Under the pieces are notes generated by a model. The model did not search any database, had not been told where the DNA came from, and saw only the letters and a program-made list of their open reading frames with translations. From Candidatus Poribacteria bacterium (GTDB lineage: Bacteria > Poribacteria > WGA-4E > WGA-3G): DNA of 64,000 nt. The stretch lies in assembly GCA_965197475.1 (NCBI GenBank), contig CBDANF010000002.1:64001-128000 (forward strand), read 5' to 3'. The position numbers and the translations under genes are program-made. This document shows, in pieces, positions 8,452 through 18,997 of the stretch; the stretch's first letter is position 1, and each line of letters opens with the position of its first letter.

Positions 8452-11094
8452 ATGAAAAAGCATGTATCTTTTTTCGTGCCTCTATTGACAATTTCAACTT
8501 TATTACTACCGCAAGTTTTCGGTAGCGGTCCCAGTCCACCACCTCGTGCATTGCCTGAAGGTGCGAAAATGCGTATTGGTCAAGGACGCGGGGTTGATTT
8601 TGCGTTTTCACCGGATGGTAATCGGATCGCTGTTGCCTGTTCTATTATCGGGATATGGATTCATGATGCACACACAGGATCGGAGCTTGCGTTACTAACG
8701 GGACATACAGACGCGGTCACTTCTGTTGCGTATTCGTCAGATGGGAAAACCCTTGCGAGTGGCAGTTACGACCACACAGTTAGATTGTGGGACGCACACA
8801 CCTTTGAACCTCAAGCGACCCTTACAGGACATACGGGCGATACTAAAGCATTAGCATTTTCGCCAGATGGAACGACACTTGCTACAGGTGCAAGTAGAAG
8901 TAGTGCGATTCGGAGATTTAATCTCCTTGGCGAGGAAGTCAAGGTGCAGGAAGAAATTGATAGTTCTATTCGGTTATGGGACGTTGCTACTGGGAAGCTC
9001 AAGTTGACCCTCACAGGACATACTGGATGGATCACTGCTTTAACATATTCTTCCGATGGGACAACACTTGCGAGTGCAAGTACGGATGGCACGGTTCACT
9101 TATGGGATGGTACCACTGGGAAACATAAAATTACGCTCAAGGAACATAAACAAAATGTGAATTCTGTTGAGTTTTCACCGGATAGCAAGCGTCTCGCCAG
9201 CTGGGGTTCCGACGCAACCGTTCGTTTGTGGGACCCGCACACCGGCAAACAGATAGCAATCATTGACGACAATCATTATGGGGCAGTGGCGTTTTCACCG
9301 GATAGTTCAACATTGGTCAGTAGCCAGGGAAGGGGTAACTCTACAATTCGTTTGTGGAACGCACATACCGGAGAGCAGAAAGCCAAACTGGAGGCACAAC
9401 TCGGTAGCATTTTTTCAGTGGTATTTTCACCCGACGGTTCAAAACTTGTTACCACTGAAGATTGGCAAAACAAGACAATTCGGTCATGGGATATAAACAG
9501 TCTCGAATTCCAGACTGACCTTAAAGGCGATCCACATGTGGTACATTCACCCCAAAGACCTCATCCAACCCAAGTTGTTGGGAGTACAGGGTGGAACGCC
9601 AGGCTTGAGTACTCACCGGATGGTGCTACACTTACCAGTTGGAGTTTTGATGAAATTCGACTATGGGACGCACACACCGGAGAACAGAAAGCAAAGATGG
9701 GGTATCCGCGTCAGCGGGAGCATCGTTATGGTAGACCTTTTGTAGCGTTTTCCTCAGACGCTGCGACATTTGCCTGTGGTAATGGTACGGCTAAAATATG
9801 GTTATTTGATGCCGACACATACAAGTTTCGTGCTGCACTTAATGGGCATACAGATGTGGTTTATGCTGCTGCGCTTTCACTAGATGGCACAACACTTGCC
9901 AGTGCAAGTAAAGACAAAACATTACGGTTGTGGGATGTACAGACTGGCAAGCACCGTGTAAAACTTAATGGACATACGGATGTAGTTCACACGTTAGCGT
10001 TCTCTCAAGATGGAACAATGCTTGCCAGCGGGAGTGCGGATAGAAAAGTTATCTTGTGGAATGTACAAACTGGTGAAACACTAAAGAAACTCGTAGGACA
10101 TACAAATACAGTGGGTAACGTTGTGTTCGCAGCTGATGGAGAGACGCTCGCGAGTGTGAGTGAGAAAGAAATTCGGGTGTGGAACGCATTCACTGGAAAA
10201 CAGCGGTTTACTCTTGAAGGACATCCGTTGAGTACATCATCCTTAGCATTTTCACCAGATGGAAAAATACTCGCTACTGGCCACAAGTGGGAGATTAAAT
10301 TGTGGGATGTGCACACAGGACAACTCCAGAATACCCTCTCAGGACATTTGGATAATAATAGGTCTTTAGTATTCTCTCCAGATGGAACATTGCTTGTCAG
10401 TAGTGGCGAAACAGTTCAGTTGTGGGAAACGAGCACCGGGAAGAACCTGTCTACACTCTCTAAGAAGAGAGGTTTAGGGACGTTGGCGTTTTCTGCGGAT
10501 GGCAAGATGCTTGCGGGTGCGGACGGTAGTTCAATTGAATTATGGGATGTCAGTATTCATCAACATATAACAACCCTACGTGGACATAGTTCGTCTGTTA
10601 CTTCAATCGCAATTTCACCAAAAGACGGGACGCTTGCCAGTGCAAGTTACGATGGCACAATTGTTTTGTGGGAACCAGTAAACGTGGTAGACAAGAACAT
10701 AATTGCGAAGATCACGCCTTTGTCAGCGGTATCTTCAACAATCGGAAAACAGATCACCTTCAGCATTGAAATTGCGGGTGCGGAAAACGTGGTTGGATAT
10801 CAGTTAACGCTCCAATTTGATGAAACTGCCCTTCAATATATCTCGAGTAATAATGGGGACTACCTACCCGGTACTCCTTTCTTCATAAAGCCGGTTCTTG
10901 AGAAAAATAATTTAACACTTGCATCAACTGCGCTCACAGGGTCGGGTAATGGTGATGGCACGCTTGCGACTGTAACGTTTGAGATTATTGCTGTTAAACC
11001 TACATCCTTGAATATAAATAATCTGATTCTCTCTGACAAAGCGGGTAAACGTTTGCGTCCCGATGTAAAAAGTGAGAAGGAGAAGAAAAAATGA
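8452..11094 (+). CDS. Secreted WD40-repeat protein with C-terminal cohesin domain
   Basis: Likely start MKKHVSFF with signal peptide; many GH...AFSPDG..LASGS.D..LWD repeats; GYQLTLQFDETALQY...NGDYL...GDGTLATVTFE cohesin. Confidence 0.88.
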   Translation: MKKHVSFFVPLLTISTLLLPQVFGSGPSPPPRALPEGAKMRIGQGRGVDFAFSPDGNRIAVACSIIGIWIHDAHTGSELALLTGHTDAVTSVAYSSDGKTLASGSYDHTVRLWDAHTFEPQATLTGHTGDTKALAFSPDGTTLATGASRSSAIRRFNLLGEEVKVQEEIDSSIRLWDVATGKLKLTLTGHTGWITALTYSSDGTTLASASTDGTVHLWDGTTGKHKITLKEHKQNVNSVEFSPDSKRLASWGSDATVRLWDPHTGKQIAIIDDNHYGAVAFSPDSSTLVSSQGRGNSTIRLWNAHTGEQKAKLEAQLGSIFSVVFSPDGSKLVTTEDWQNKTIRSWDINSLEFQTDLKGDPHVVHSPQRPHPTQVVGSTGWNARLEYSPDGATLTSWSFDEIRLWDAHTGEQKAKMGYPRQREHRYGRPFVAFSSDAATFACGNGTAKIWLFDADTYKFRAALNGHTDVVYAAALSLDGTTLASASKDKTLRLWDVQTGKHRVKLNGHTDVVHTLAFSQDGTMLASGSADRKVILWNVQTGETLKKLVGHTNTVGNVVFAADGETLASVSEKEIRVWNAFTGKQRFTLEGHPLSTSSLAFSPDGKILATGHKWEIKLWDVHTGQLQNTLSGHLDNNRSLVFSPDGTLLVSSGETVQLWETSTGKNLSTLSKKRGLGTLAFSADGKMLAGADGSSIELWDVSIHQHITTLRGHSSSVTSIAISPKDGTLASASYDGTIVLWEPVNVVDKNIIAKITPLSAVSSTIGKQITFSIEIAGAENVVGYQLTLQFDETALQYISSNNGDYLPGTPFFIKPVLEKNNLTLASTALTGSGNGDGTLATVTFEIIAVKPTSLNINNLILSDKAGKRLRPDVKSEKEKKK

Positions 11095-14000
11095 AATTAA
11101 TGAGAACACTAATTGTTACACTGCTGTTGATTTTCACATCTCTATCAGAAGGCATATCCCAGGATTCTTCTCAGTGGGCATTACCTGAAAATGCTATTGC
11201 GCGTATCGGCAGAGGAAGGATAACTGATATGGCATATTCTCCGGATGGTAAGCTGCTGGCAGTCGGAACTTCTATTGGCACATGGCTGTATGATGCACAT
11301 AGCGGTGCTGAAGTGGCACTGCTTACGGGTTATACGAATGAAGATTTTGGAGGTTTTTCAGGAAATGTGCCTCATAAGTCCAGTTTATCGTTTTCGCCAG
11401 ATGGAAAAATGCTTGCAAGTGCCTATTGGGACGGAAAAGTCCGTGTCTGGGATGTATCTACTCGTAAACTCATATCCACCATTAAAGGGTATTGGCATTC
11501 TGCTCTGTTTTCCCCGGATGGAAAAATACTCTCAACCGGTGATATATTGTGGGATACAGATTCTTTCAAACAAATAAGTTCTCTCGGAAAGCGTAACAGC
11601 GGAGGAAGTGCTTTCACTTTCTCCCCCGACGGGACCGTTCTCGTAACCGGTGTTAGTCCAAAAATTAGTTTGTGGAACCTAAAAACGGAACAACGCGAAA
11701 CAATTGATGTAGGTGAGAGGGGATTTATTAATTCTGTGGTGTATTCACCGGATAGCACGACGCTTGCCAGCTGTGGGATGTGGGATAATACTATCCGATT
11801 GTGGGACCCAAAAACCGGGGAACAGAAAGCAATCCTCAAAGGACATACAAGGGTTGTTAATTCAGTGGCGTATTCACCCGATGGTAAAACACTTGCAAGT
11901 TCTTGTTGGGACATGATACGGTTATGGGACGCGAAAACAGGACAGCATAAAATGACCATTCCAAAACCTGACGCACTGTTTACCGAAATAGAATACACAC
12001 GGGATGGCAAAACACTTACAAGTGTGAGTGCCAATGGCAAGATTCAATTGTGGGACGCGAAAACAGGACAACACAAAGGTATCCTCACATATGTGCAGAG
12101 TATCTATTCTATGCTACCCTCACCCGATGGCAGAAAAATTGCCACTGGACTGCACGGTGATTTGCTGCTGTGGCATATTAGCACTCAACAACCAAAGCCT
12201 ATCCTCACAGTACATACAGAATACATCACCCCCGTGCTATTCTCACAGGATGGAACAACTATTACATGTGTAAAGAGCAGTATGGAACACGTTGCACTGC
12301 TGCTTTGTGACGTACAAACTGGAAAACGCGACGAAACTTTTTCACAACAACTAAAAAATGTCTATTCAAGAACACTTTCTCCTGATGGAAAAATCCTCGC
12401 TTTAAAAATAGAATACAGTACCATACAGTTGTGGAACACAACAACAGGCGAACAGAAAGCAACCCTAACAAAGCAGCAAGGAAGATTTGATACTATGATA
12501 TTCTCTCCAGATAGTAGTCTCTTTGTTACAAGGGATGATGGGGGAACAATTGAGTTGTGGGATGCTAAAACTGGACAACACAAAACAGTCTTAACAAATC
12601 AAGGGGGAGTGACAGATGCATTGGCGTTCTCGCCGGATGGGAAAGTGCTCGCTTGTAGTGGCAACAACGAAGTTCACCTATGGGATCTAAATACAGGAAC
12701 CCAAATATACTCTACTTTTGCCACTTCTGATCGTATGCCAGGATTTATTTCGTTAGCATTCTCCCCAGATGGAACAATCTTCGCTAGTGGGAGTTACGAT
12801 GCCAAAATTCGTTTATGGAATACGACCACTGGACTGCTCATGGATACCCTCATCGGCCATACAGGTCCTATTGAGTCGTTAATGTTTCTACCTCAGCAGA
12901 AAGTTTCAGTAGCAGCGAATTCGAAAATCAGTCGTTCTTCCAAAACCAAAACTACTTTAGCAAGCCGGAGTAGAGATGGGACAGTTCTCTTATGGGAGGT
13001 AAAACCTTTTGTTGAAACAGCAGCAGTCGTCAATATTACACCTTCTCTCGTAGAATCACCTGAGATCAGTGAACAATTGACGCTCAATGTTGATATTAAG
13101 GGTGGCACAAACGTTAGTGGTTATCAGCTAACGGTAGAGTTTGATGCCACGGCACTCAGATATGTTTCAGCTGAAAACGGAGACTATCTTCCAAGTAATA
13201 CAACACTTGATGCCTCTTTAGATCCACTTTGGATGCGCGCGCTAAATCGCGTCAAACTGATAGGAGCGAGTTCCTCAAATGAACCTAATAGTGGTGTTGG
13301 CACGCTCGCAAGCGTTACATTTGAAGTTATAGAGGCAAAAGCCTCAACCGTAAGTCTACCGAAAGTGCACCTTGAAAAAAGCGATGGCAGCTTCGCGCGT
13401 CCTATCGTTGAACACGGCTCTGTACTTGATCCCACACAATCAAAAAAGACTCCTGTAGATTACACACAATTCGCGTTGCCAGATAGCGCGAAAGCACGTT
13501 TGGGCAAAGGCACAATCTATGATATTAAGTTTTCACCAGATAATACACGACTTGCAGTAGCAAGCTCAATCGGGATTTGGTTGTATGATGCAAACACTGG
13601 GGATGAACTCGCGCTACTCAAAGGACACACGAAACCCGCTTTTGTAATCGCCTTTTCACCTGAAGGTGATCTACTTGCGAGTGGTAGTTCTAATGGAACG
13701 CTTCGTTTATGGAATTCACTTACCTATCAACAGCTAAAAACTTTCAGGGGGGACAGTACTACCATCGCGTTTTCACCAGATGGACAAACACTTTTTAACG
13801 GTAGGCAGTTATGGAATGTTCATACCGGACAACCACTCGCAGCCATCAAGCCGGGAAATATTGAGACTGTTACCGATGCCGCGTTCTCACCAAATGGGAA
13901 AACTCTTGCCACTACAACCCGGGAAGGCAAAATTGAGTTATGGGATGTAAACAGTGGGCAGCGAAAAACTTTGCTGTATGAAGGTGAACATTCTAATTCT

Positions 14001-15905
14001 CGTCAACATAAAATCGCGTTCGCCCTTGATGGAAACCAGCTTGCAGCAATAAGTTCGAAACGCAACCGTCCTAATAATACAATTTTGCTCTGGAACACAC
14101 ATACTGGAGAATTATTAAAGACTTATTCAGAAAAGAATAACTTTCTTTTCTTTGTATCCATAGATTTTTCTGCTGAAGGAGAACTTATCACCGTTGCCAG
14201 AGAATCACACAAAAAACTCCATATACGGAATTTTAATATAAGTGAAAACCTTGCAGTTCTTGAAGGGCATGACGAAACAATTCATATAGCCGCAATTTCA
14301 CCTGATAAAACTACGCTTGCAAGTGCAGGACGGAGTGGTGCAATACGCTTCTGGGATATAGACACCGGTAAACTCCGCACGACAATCACTGGACATACGA
14401 GTCCTGTAACCTCAATAGCCTTGTCCCCTGACGGATCGACGCTCGCTACGGGAAATTATGATCAACTGATACAGTTATGGGATCTACTCACACAACAGCA
14501 CAAAGGCACAATTCCTGACGTTAAAAATCCCTACGGTTCCTCAGTAGTTGCCTATTCGCCAGACAATACAATCCTTGCAGAAGGTAGAATGGACAGTGTC
14601 AGGCTATTGGACATAAATACACTTCAACAAAAGGTCGCCTTGACAGGCCATAGAGGAAGTATTGACACTGTGGCATTTTCTCCAGATGGGCGGACATTTG
14701 CAATAGGAGCACGGTATGACAAAAAAATCCATTTGTGGAACGTGCACACCGGTGAGCAGAAACTAACGCTCAAAGGGTATACAGATAGAATATATTCTTT
14801 AGCGTTTTCCCCGGATGGCGCAACAATTGCAAGTGCTGAAACACTGTCTCCAGGTGAAGAAGCAATCCGACTCTGGGATACAAAAACAGGCACGCTTCAC
14901 AAGACGTTAGCCAATTTGATAAACCCCATTAGAGGACAACGACTCCCTGTCATCTCCATAGCATTTTCACCAGATGGAAAAACAGTTGCCAGTTTAGATG
15001 TAAGCAGTGATGTTCAATTGTGGGATGTAGAAACAAGAAAACACAATACTACGCTGAAAGCCAATTTAGAGGACATTTACGGTTATTATGGCGAAAATTC
15101 TGCTATAGCATTTTCTCCAGATGGTACAACGTTGGTCAGTACCGGTCTCCGCTCTACCATCAATGTTTGGGATGTAGAAACAGGAAAACATCAAAAAGCA
15201 TTGAAGGGACATTCAGGTCGCGTTACATCTCTTGAATATACAGCGGATGGCACAACACTTGCAAGTGCAAGTAAAGACGGCACCGTGCTTTTGTGGCCAA
15301 TGAAATCGACACCTGACACGCGCCTGAACATCACACCGCTCTCCATAGAATCTCCACCTGCTGGCACACAACTCACCTTTAACATTAACATGACTGATGG
15401 ACAGAACGTCACTGGCTATCAATTCACGTTACAGTATGATGCAAAAGCACTCCGATATATTCCTAACACCGAAAATGACCCAAAAATAAGGAACGTGAAC
15501 ACTACACCTCCTGCTGAAGCGGAAAATTCTATTACATTTGCGGGAAAAGCATCTCCAGGTTCCAGCATAGAGAATGGCACAATCGCTACCGTAACTTTTG
15601 AAGTTATTAAACGCACAGACGTAATCTTGACGTTAACTGAGCCACTTCTTACACACAAAAATGGTGAAGATTCGCGTCCGATTGTTGGTCGCGCATGGAT
15701 CGTTGAACCACCACGTATCCCGGAAGATGTTAACCACGATTGGGTGTTAGATGCTGCAGACCTTGAATTCGTCTCGTCGCGTCTTGGGCAGACAGGAAAA
15801 GAGAATAGCGCAGATATTAACGGGGATGGGATTGTTGATATTGCGGACCTCGTCTTGGTTAGAAATGCACTTTATGGTACGGAACCTGAATCCGAAACAG
15901 ATTGA
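11091..15905 (+). CDS. Secreted (WD40-cohesin)x2 protein with C-terminal dockerin/EF-hand
   Basis: Signal peptide; two WD40 blocks each opening with ALP..A.AR.G.G and closing in a cohesin; EDVNHDWVLDAADL and ADINGDGIVDIADLVLV dockerin repeats; ATGA overlap with the previous gene. Confidence 0.88.
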   Translation: MKLMRTLIVTLLLIFTSLSEGISQDSSQWALPENAIARIGRGRITDMAYSPDGKLLAVGTSIGTWLYDAHSGAEVALLTGYTNEDFGGFSGNVPHKSSLSFSPDGKMLASAYWDGKVRVWDVSTRKLISTIKGYWHSALFSPDGKILSTGDILWDTDSFKQISSLGKRNSGGSAFTFSPDGTVLVTGVSPKISLWNLKTEQRETIDVGERGFINSVVYSPDSTTLASCGMWDNTIRLWDPKTGEQKAILKGHTRVVNSVAYSPDGKTLASSCWDMIRLWDAKTGQHKMTIPKPDALFTEIEYTRDGKTLTSVSANGKIQLWDAKTGQHKGILTYVQSIYSMLPSPDGRKIATGLHGDLLLWHISTQQPKPILTVHTEYITPVLFSQDGTTITCVKSSMEHVALLLCDVQTGKRDETFSQQLKNVYSRTLSPDGKILALKIEYSTIQLWNTTTGEQKATLTKQQGRFDTMIFSPDSSLFVTRDDGGTIELWDAKTGQHKTVLTNQGGVTDALAFSPDGKVLACSGNNEVHLWDLNTGTQIYSTFATSDRMPGFISLAFSPDGTIFASGSYDAKIRLWNTTTGLLMDTLIGHTGPIESLMFLPQQKVSVAANSKISRSSKTKTTLASRSRDGTVLLWEVKPFVETAAVVNITPSLVESPEISEQLTLNVDIKGGTNVSGYQLTVEFDATALRYVSAENGDYLPSNTTLDASLDPLWMRALNRVKLIGASSSNEPNSGVGTLASVTFEVIEAKASTVSLPKVHLEKSDGSFARPIVEHGSVLDPTQSKKTPVDYTQFALPDSAKARLGKGTIYDIKFSPDNTRLAVASSIGIWLYDANTGDELALLKGHTKPAFVIAFSPEGDLLASGSSNGTLRLWNSLTYQQLKTFRGDSTTIAFSPDGQTLFNGRQLWNVHTGQPLAAIKPGNIETVTDAAFSPNGKTLATTTREGKIELWDVNSGQRKTLLYEGEHSNSRQHKIAFALDGNQLAAISSKRNRPNNTILLWNTHTGELLKTYSEKNNFLFFVSIDFSAEGELITVARESHKKLHIRNFNISENLAVLEGHDETIHIAAISPDKTTLASAGRSGAIRFWDIDTGKLRTTITGHTSPVTSIALSPDGSTLATGNYDQLIQLWDLLTQQHKGTIPDVKNPYGSSVVAYSPDNTILAEGRMDSVRLLDINTLQQKVALTGHRGSIDTVAFSPDGRTFAIGARYDKKIHLWNVHTGEQKLTLKGYTDRIYSLAFSPDGATIASAETLSPGEEAIRLWDTKTGTLHKTLANLINPIRGQRLPVISIAFSPDGKTVASLDVSSDVQLWDVETRKHNTTLKANLEDIYGYYGENSAIAFSPDGTTLVSTGLRSTINVWDVETGKHQKALKGHSGRVTSLEYTADGTTLASASKDGTVLLWPMKSTPDTRLNITPLSIESPPAGTQLTFNINMTDGQNVTGYQFTLQYDAKALRYIPNTENDPKIRNVNTTPPAEAENSITFAGKASPGSSIENGTIATVTFEVIKRTDVILTLTEPLLTHKNGEDSRPIVGRAWIVEPPRIPEDVNHDWVLDAADLEFVSSRLGQTGKENSADINGDGIVDIADLVLVRNALYGTEPESETD

Positions 15906-15931
15906 GATGCAACACTATATTCGTTATTTAT

Positions 15932-16052
15932 CAGAGCCATTCAATTTTCGGTTTTTTGTGCGTTTTAGTCGTAAAGTCGCGACCGGGAGGTCGCTCCTAC
16001 AGAGGAGACCGTGAGCACAAGGTAGCAACTACTGAAGAATTGAATGGCTCTG
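15932..16052. mobile_element. MITE family A, copy 1 (121 bp), 9-bp TSD
   Basis: TIR CAGAGCCATTCAATT...AATTGAATGGCTCTG; GTTATTTAT duplicated on both flanks; second copy at 20669-20791. Confidence 0.88.
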
Positions 16053-16093
16053 GTTATTTATATTTTGCTATGAAAAAAAGACGCAAACTATGC

Positions 16094-16326
16094 TATACTA
16101 TACTTTAGACAATTTTTAGAGTTCTTGAGTGATAGTCAAGGTCAATAGAAACACCTTAGACATCAATATAAGATTTATTGATACACATTTCGCCCGCTGG
16201 GGCTGCCTTTGCTGAACCTATAATAGTTTTTCTGTGAGGTACAACTTTGCACAAAACTCGTAGAAAAATAGAAAGGACTTGAGAACACAACATGAAACAG
16301 ACAGAAATTGTCCAAACTTTAATATA
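16094..16326. mobile_element. MITE family B, uninterrupted copy (TA-ended, IS630-like ends)
   Basis: Ends TATACTATACTTTAGACAATTT and AAATTGTCCAAACTTTAATATA; homologous in reverse orientation to 57080-57706. Confidence 0.7.
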
Positions 16327-16414
16327 CTATAAATGCTGAAAGTAGATACCCCTGAAACATGGACAAGAGTTGAACTTCTCAAAACTAACAACATAAATTT
16401 TCATTAGGAAACCC

Positions 16415-17518
16415 GTGAACACGAAAAAGAAGAACTTAAAACCGAAACCCGGTATCGAAACCATTAAAGCGTATCAGGGTGGCAAACCGATTGAAGAGGT
16501 TAAACGCGAACTCGGCATCTCTGATATTATCAAGTTAGCATCGAATGAAAACCCGCTTGGTCCTTCACCGTTAGCGATGCAAGCAATTCAGGAAGTCTCT
16601 CAGCAGGTACATTTCTATCCTGACGGAAATGCCTACTATCTCAAAGTAGATTTAGCCAAACATCTTGGTGTTACTGAAGATCATCTGATTTTGACAAACG
16701 GTTCAAACGAGGTGCTACAACTCGTCGGTGAAACCTACATTGAGCCTGGTGACGAAGTGATTTATGCGGAAGGTGCGTTTGTTGTATATGGACACGTCGC
16801 CAAGGTTACCGGTGCTACTTCCGTTGTCGTTCCGATGCAGAGCGATACACACCACTTACCATCAATGGCAGCAGCAATTACGGATAAAACAAAGGCTATC
16901 TTCATAGCAAATCCAAACAACCCTACCGGCACTATGGTTACTGCAGCTGAAACAGCACATTTTATGGCGCAGGTGCCAGAAAATGTTTTGGTTATCTTTG
17001 ACGAGGCGTATTATGAATATGTCACGCATCCCGACTATCCTCAAACGCTGCCTTATGTGATGGAAGAACGCAACTTCATTATCACCCGAACCTTTTCCAA
17101 AATCTACGGTCTTGCAGGTTTACGGGTAGGTTACGGCATCGCGCCGCCCTCCATCATTGCAACGATGAATCCTGTGCGTCAACCGTTTAATTGTAACGCA
17201 GTAGCACAAGCAGCCGCACGGGCAGCACTTGAAGATACCGACTACGTTAAGAAAAGCCAACAAATGAACGTAGCAGGGAAAGCCTTCCTATACGCTGCAT
17301 TTAACAAATTGGGGCTTCGTTATATTAAAACCGAAGGGAATTTTATCATGGTTTTTGTCAATCAACCCGGTGCAGATTTAGCGGATGCTATGATGAAAAA
17401 AGGGGTTATCGTTCGCGAAATGACAGACTACGGTTACCCTGATGCAATTCGGGTTACAATCGGCAGGCAGGAGGAAAACGAACGTTTTCTTGAGGTCCTT
17501 ACGACACCTGTAAGGTAA
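16415..17518 (+). CDS. hisC: Histidinol-phosphate aminotransferase
   Basis: IIKLASNENPLGPSP, NPNNPTGT, DEAYYE, RTFSKIYGLAGLRVGY. Confidence 0.93.
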   Translation: MNTKKKNLKPKPGIETIKAYQGGKPIEEVKRELGISDIIKLASNENPLGPSPLAMQAIQEVSQQVHFYPDGNAYYLKVDLAKHLGVTEDHLILTNGSNEVLQLVGETYIEPGDEVIYAEGAFVVYGHVAKVTGATSVVVPMQSDTHHLPSMAAAITDKTKAIFIANPNNPTGTMVTAAETAHFMAQVPENVLVIFDEAYYEYVTHPDYPQTLPYVMEERNFIITRTFSKIYGLAGLRVGYGIAPPSIIATMNPVRQPFNCNAVAQAAARAALEDTDYVKKSQQMNVAGKAFLYAAFNKLGLRYIKTEGNFIMVFVNQPGADLADAMMKKGVIVREMTDYGYPDAIRVTIGRQEENERFLEVLTTPVR

Positions 17519-17535
17519 GGTAAGGTAAGGTAAGG
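17511..17535 (+). repeat. Pentanucleotide microsatellite (TAAGG)5 spanning the hisC stop
   Basis: Five exact TAAGG units. Confidence 0.9.
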
Positions 17536-17546
17536 TAAACCGATAA

Positions 17547-17799
17547 ATATAAGTGTCAATTTAAGGACATGAATTCGTATAGCTTCGGAGAGACGGTATG
17601 TTTATAGCAAAGGCACTCACCAATGTTTTTGTGTCTCGTAAAGGCAGTATGCTGTTGTTATACACATTCCACTCTTACGGAGTTCAACAAGTGTGAGAAG
17701 TATCTTTCTATAAACATATCGTCCCTACGGAACTAAAGAAATCGGGCGGACAAAGCCCTCCCACAAGAAAATCTTTACTAATTGATGCCTATGGGCAAA
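17547..17799. repeat. REP-cassette insertion between hisC and ispG
   Basis: Flanked by 12-bp direct repeats GTAAACCGATAA (17535-46 and 17800-11); shares TCAATTTAAGG and TTCTATAAACATATCGTCCCTACGG with ~57279-57545. Confidence 0.6.
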
Positions 17800-17828
17800 G
17801 TAAACCGATAACTGACAACCCTATAAAT

Positions 17829-18944
17829 ATGAAAGAACTAATTCAGATTGATAATCGGAAACGAACGCGAAAAATACAGGTCGGCACCGTACCGATTGGA
17901 GGCGGTAATCCGATCTCCATTCAGACGATGACGACAACGTTGACGCATGACGTTGATGCAACGTTAGCACAAGTTGAGCGGTGCGCGGAAGCAGGCGCGC
18001 ATATCGTCCGAGTCGCAGTGCCAGAAGAAAAAGACGCTAAAGCACTCAGTACTTTAGTGAAACGTTCGCCAGTGCCAATCGTGTCTGATATCCATTTCAA
18101 CTACCGATACGCCTTAGCCGCTGTAGACGCGGGTGTTGCTAAAGTCCGCATCAATCCGGGCAACATCGGTAGCGAAGAACGGATTACACATGTGTTGTCC
18201 GCTGCCAAAGCTGCAAATATCCCTATCCGTATCGGTGTGAACGAGGGTTCGCTTGAAAAAGACTTATTGGAGAAATATCCTTCACCGACAGCAGAAGCGT
18301 TGGTAGAAAGTGCGATGCGACATATCAATATCTGTGAAGAACATGATTTTACAGATATTGCTATCTCTGTCAAATCCAGCGACCCACTTCGGATGATAGA
18401 GGCAAACCGATTGCTTTCAGCGAAGGTTCGCTACCCGTTACACCTCGGGGTAACGGAAGCTGGCACGCCACGGCGCGCGCATGTTAAATCTACACTCGGT
18501 ATTGGAACGCTGTTATTAGAGGGCATAGGGGACACAATCCGCATCTCTATCACTGGCGACCCCGTCGAAGAGGTATTAACTGCCAAGGAGCTCCTGCGTG
18601 CACTCGGTATGGCTGACAATATATTAGATGTGATCTCTTGTCCGTTTTGTGGACGCGGCGACCCTGATGCTGGTTACGAGAATATCGTTATCGCCGCAGA
18701 GGAACTTTTGGAAAAGCACGGCATCACTAATATTCGTATAGCAGTGATGGGGTGTGAAGTCAACGGTCCTGGTGAAACGCGCAACGCGAAACTTGGTATC
18801 CATCTGGGCGGCAAAGAACTGGCTGTCCTGAAGGTGAACGGTGAACGGGTGCGTACCTTCCGTGGTAAAAACGAAGTCAATCCGGAGTTTTTAGCGAACG
18901 CTTTATTAGAAGTAGCACAGCAATTGCAAATATCCGAAGTGTAA
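17829..18944 (+). CDS. ispG: 4-hydroxy-3-methylbut-2-en-1-yl diphosphate synthase
   Basis: ISIQTMT, DIHFNY, RINPGNIG, PLHLGVTEAG, GIGDTIRIS, SCPFCGR, AVMGCEVNGPGE. Confidence 0.96.
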   Translation: MKELIQIDNRKRTRKIQVGTVPIGGGNPISIQTMTTTLTHDVDATLAQVERCAEAGAHIVRVAVPEEKDAKALSTLVKRSPVPIVSDIHFNYRYALAAVDAGVAKVRINPGNIGSEERITHVLSAAKAANIPIRIGVNEGSLEKDLLEKYPSPTAEALVESAMRHINICEEHDFTDIAISVKSSDPLRMIEANRLLSAKVRYPLHLGVTEAGTPRRAHVKSTLGIGTLLLEGIGDTIRISITGDPVEEVLTAKELLRALGMADNILDVISCPFCGRGDPDAGYENIVIAAEELLEKHGITNIRIAVMGCEVNGPGETRNAKLGIHLGGKELAVLKVNGERVRTFRGKNEVNPEFLANALLEVAQQLQISEV

Positions 18945-18997
18945 ATCTTTTCAGGCGGGGTGTTTACCCGCTCATTTCTTGTAACAAGAAAGCGAAA

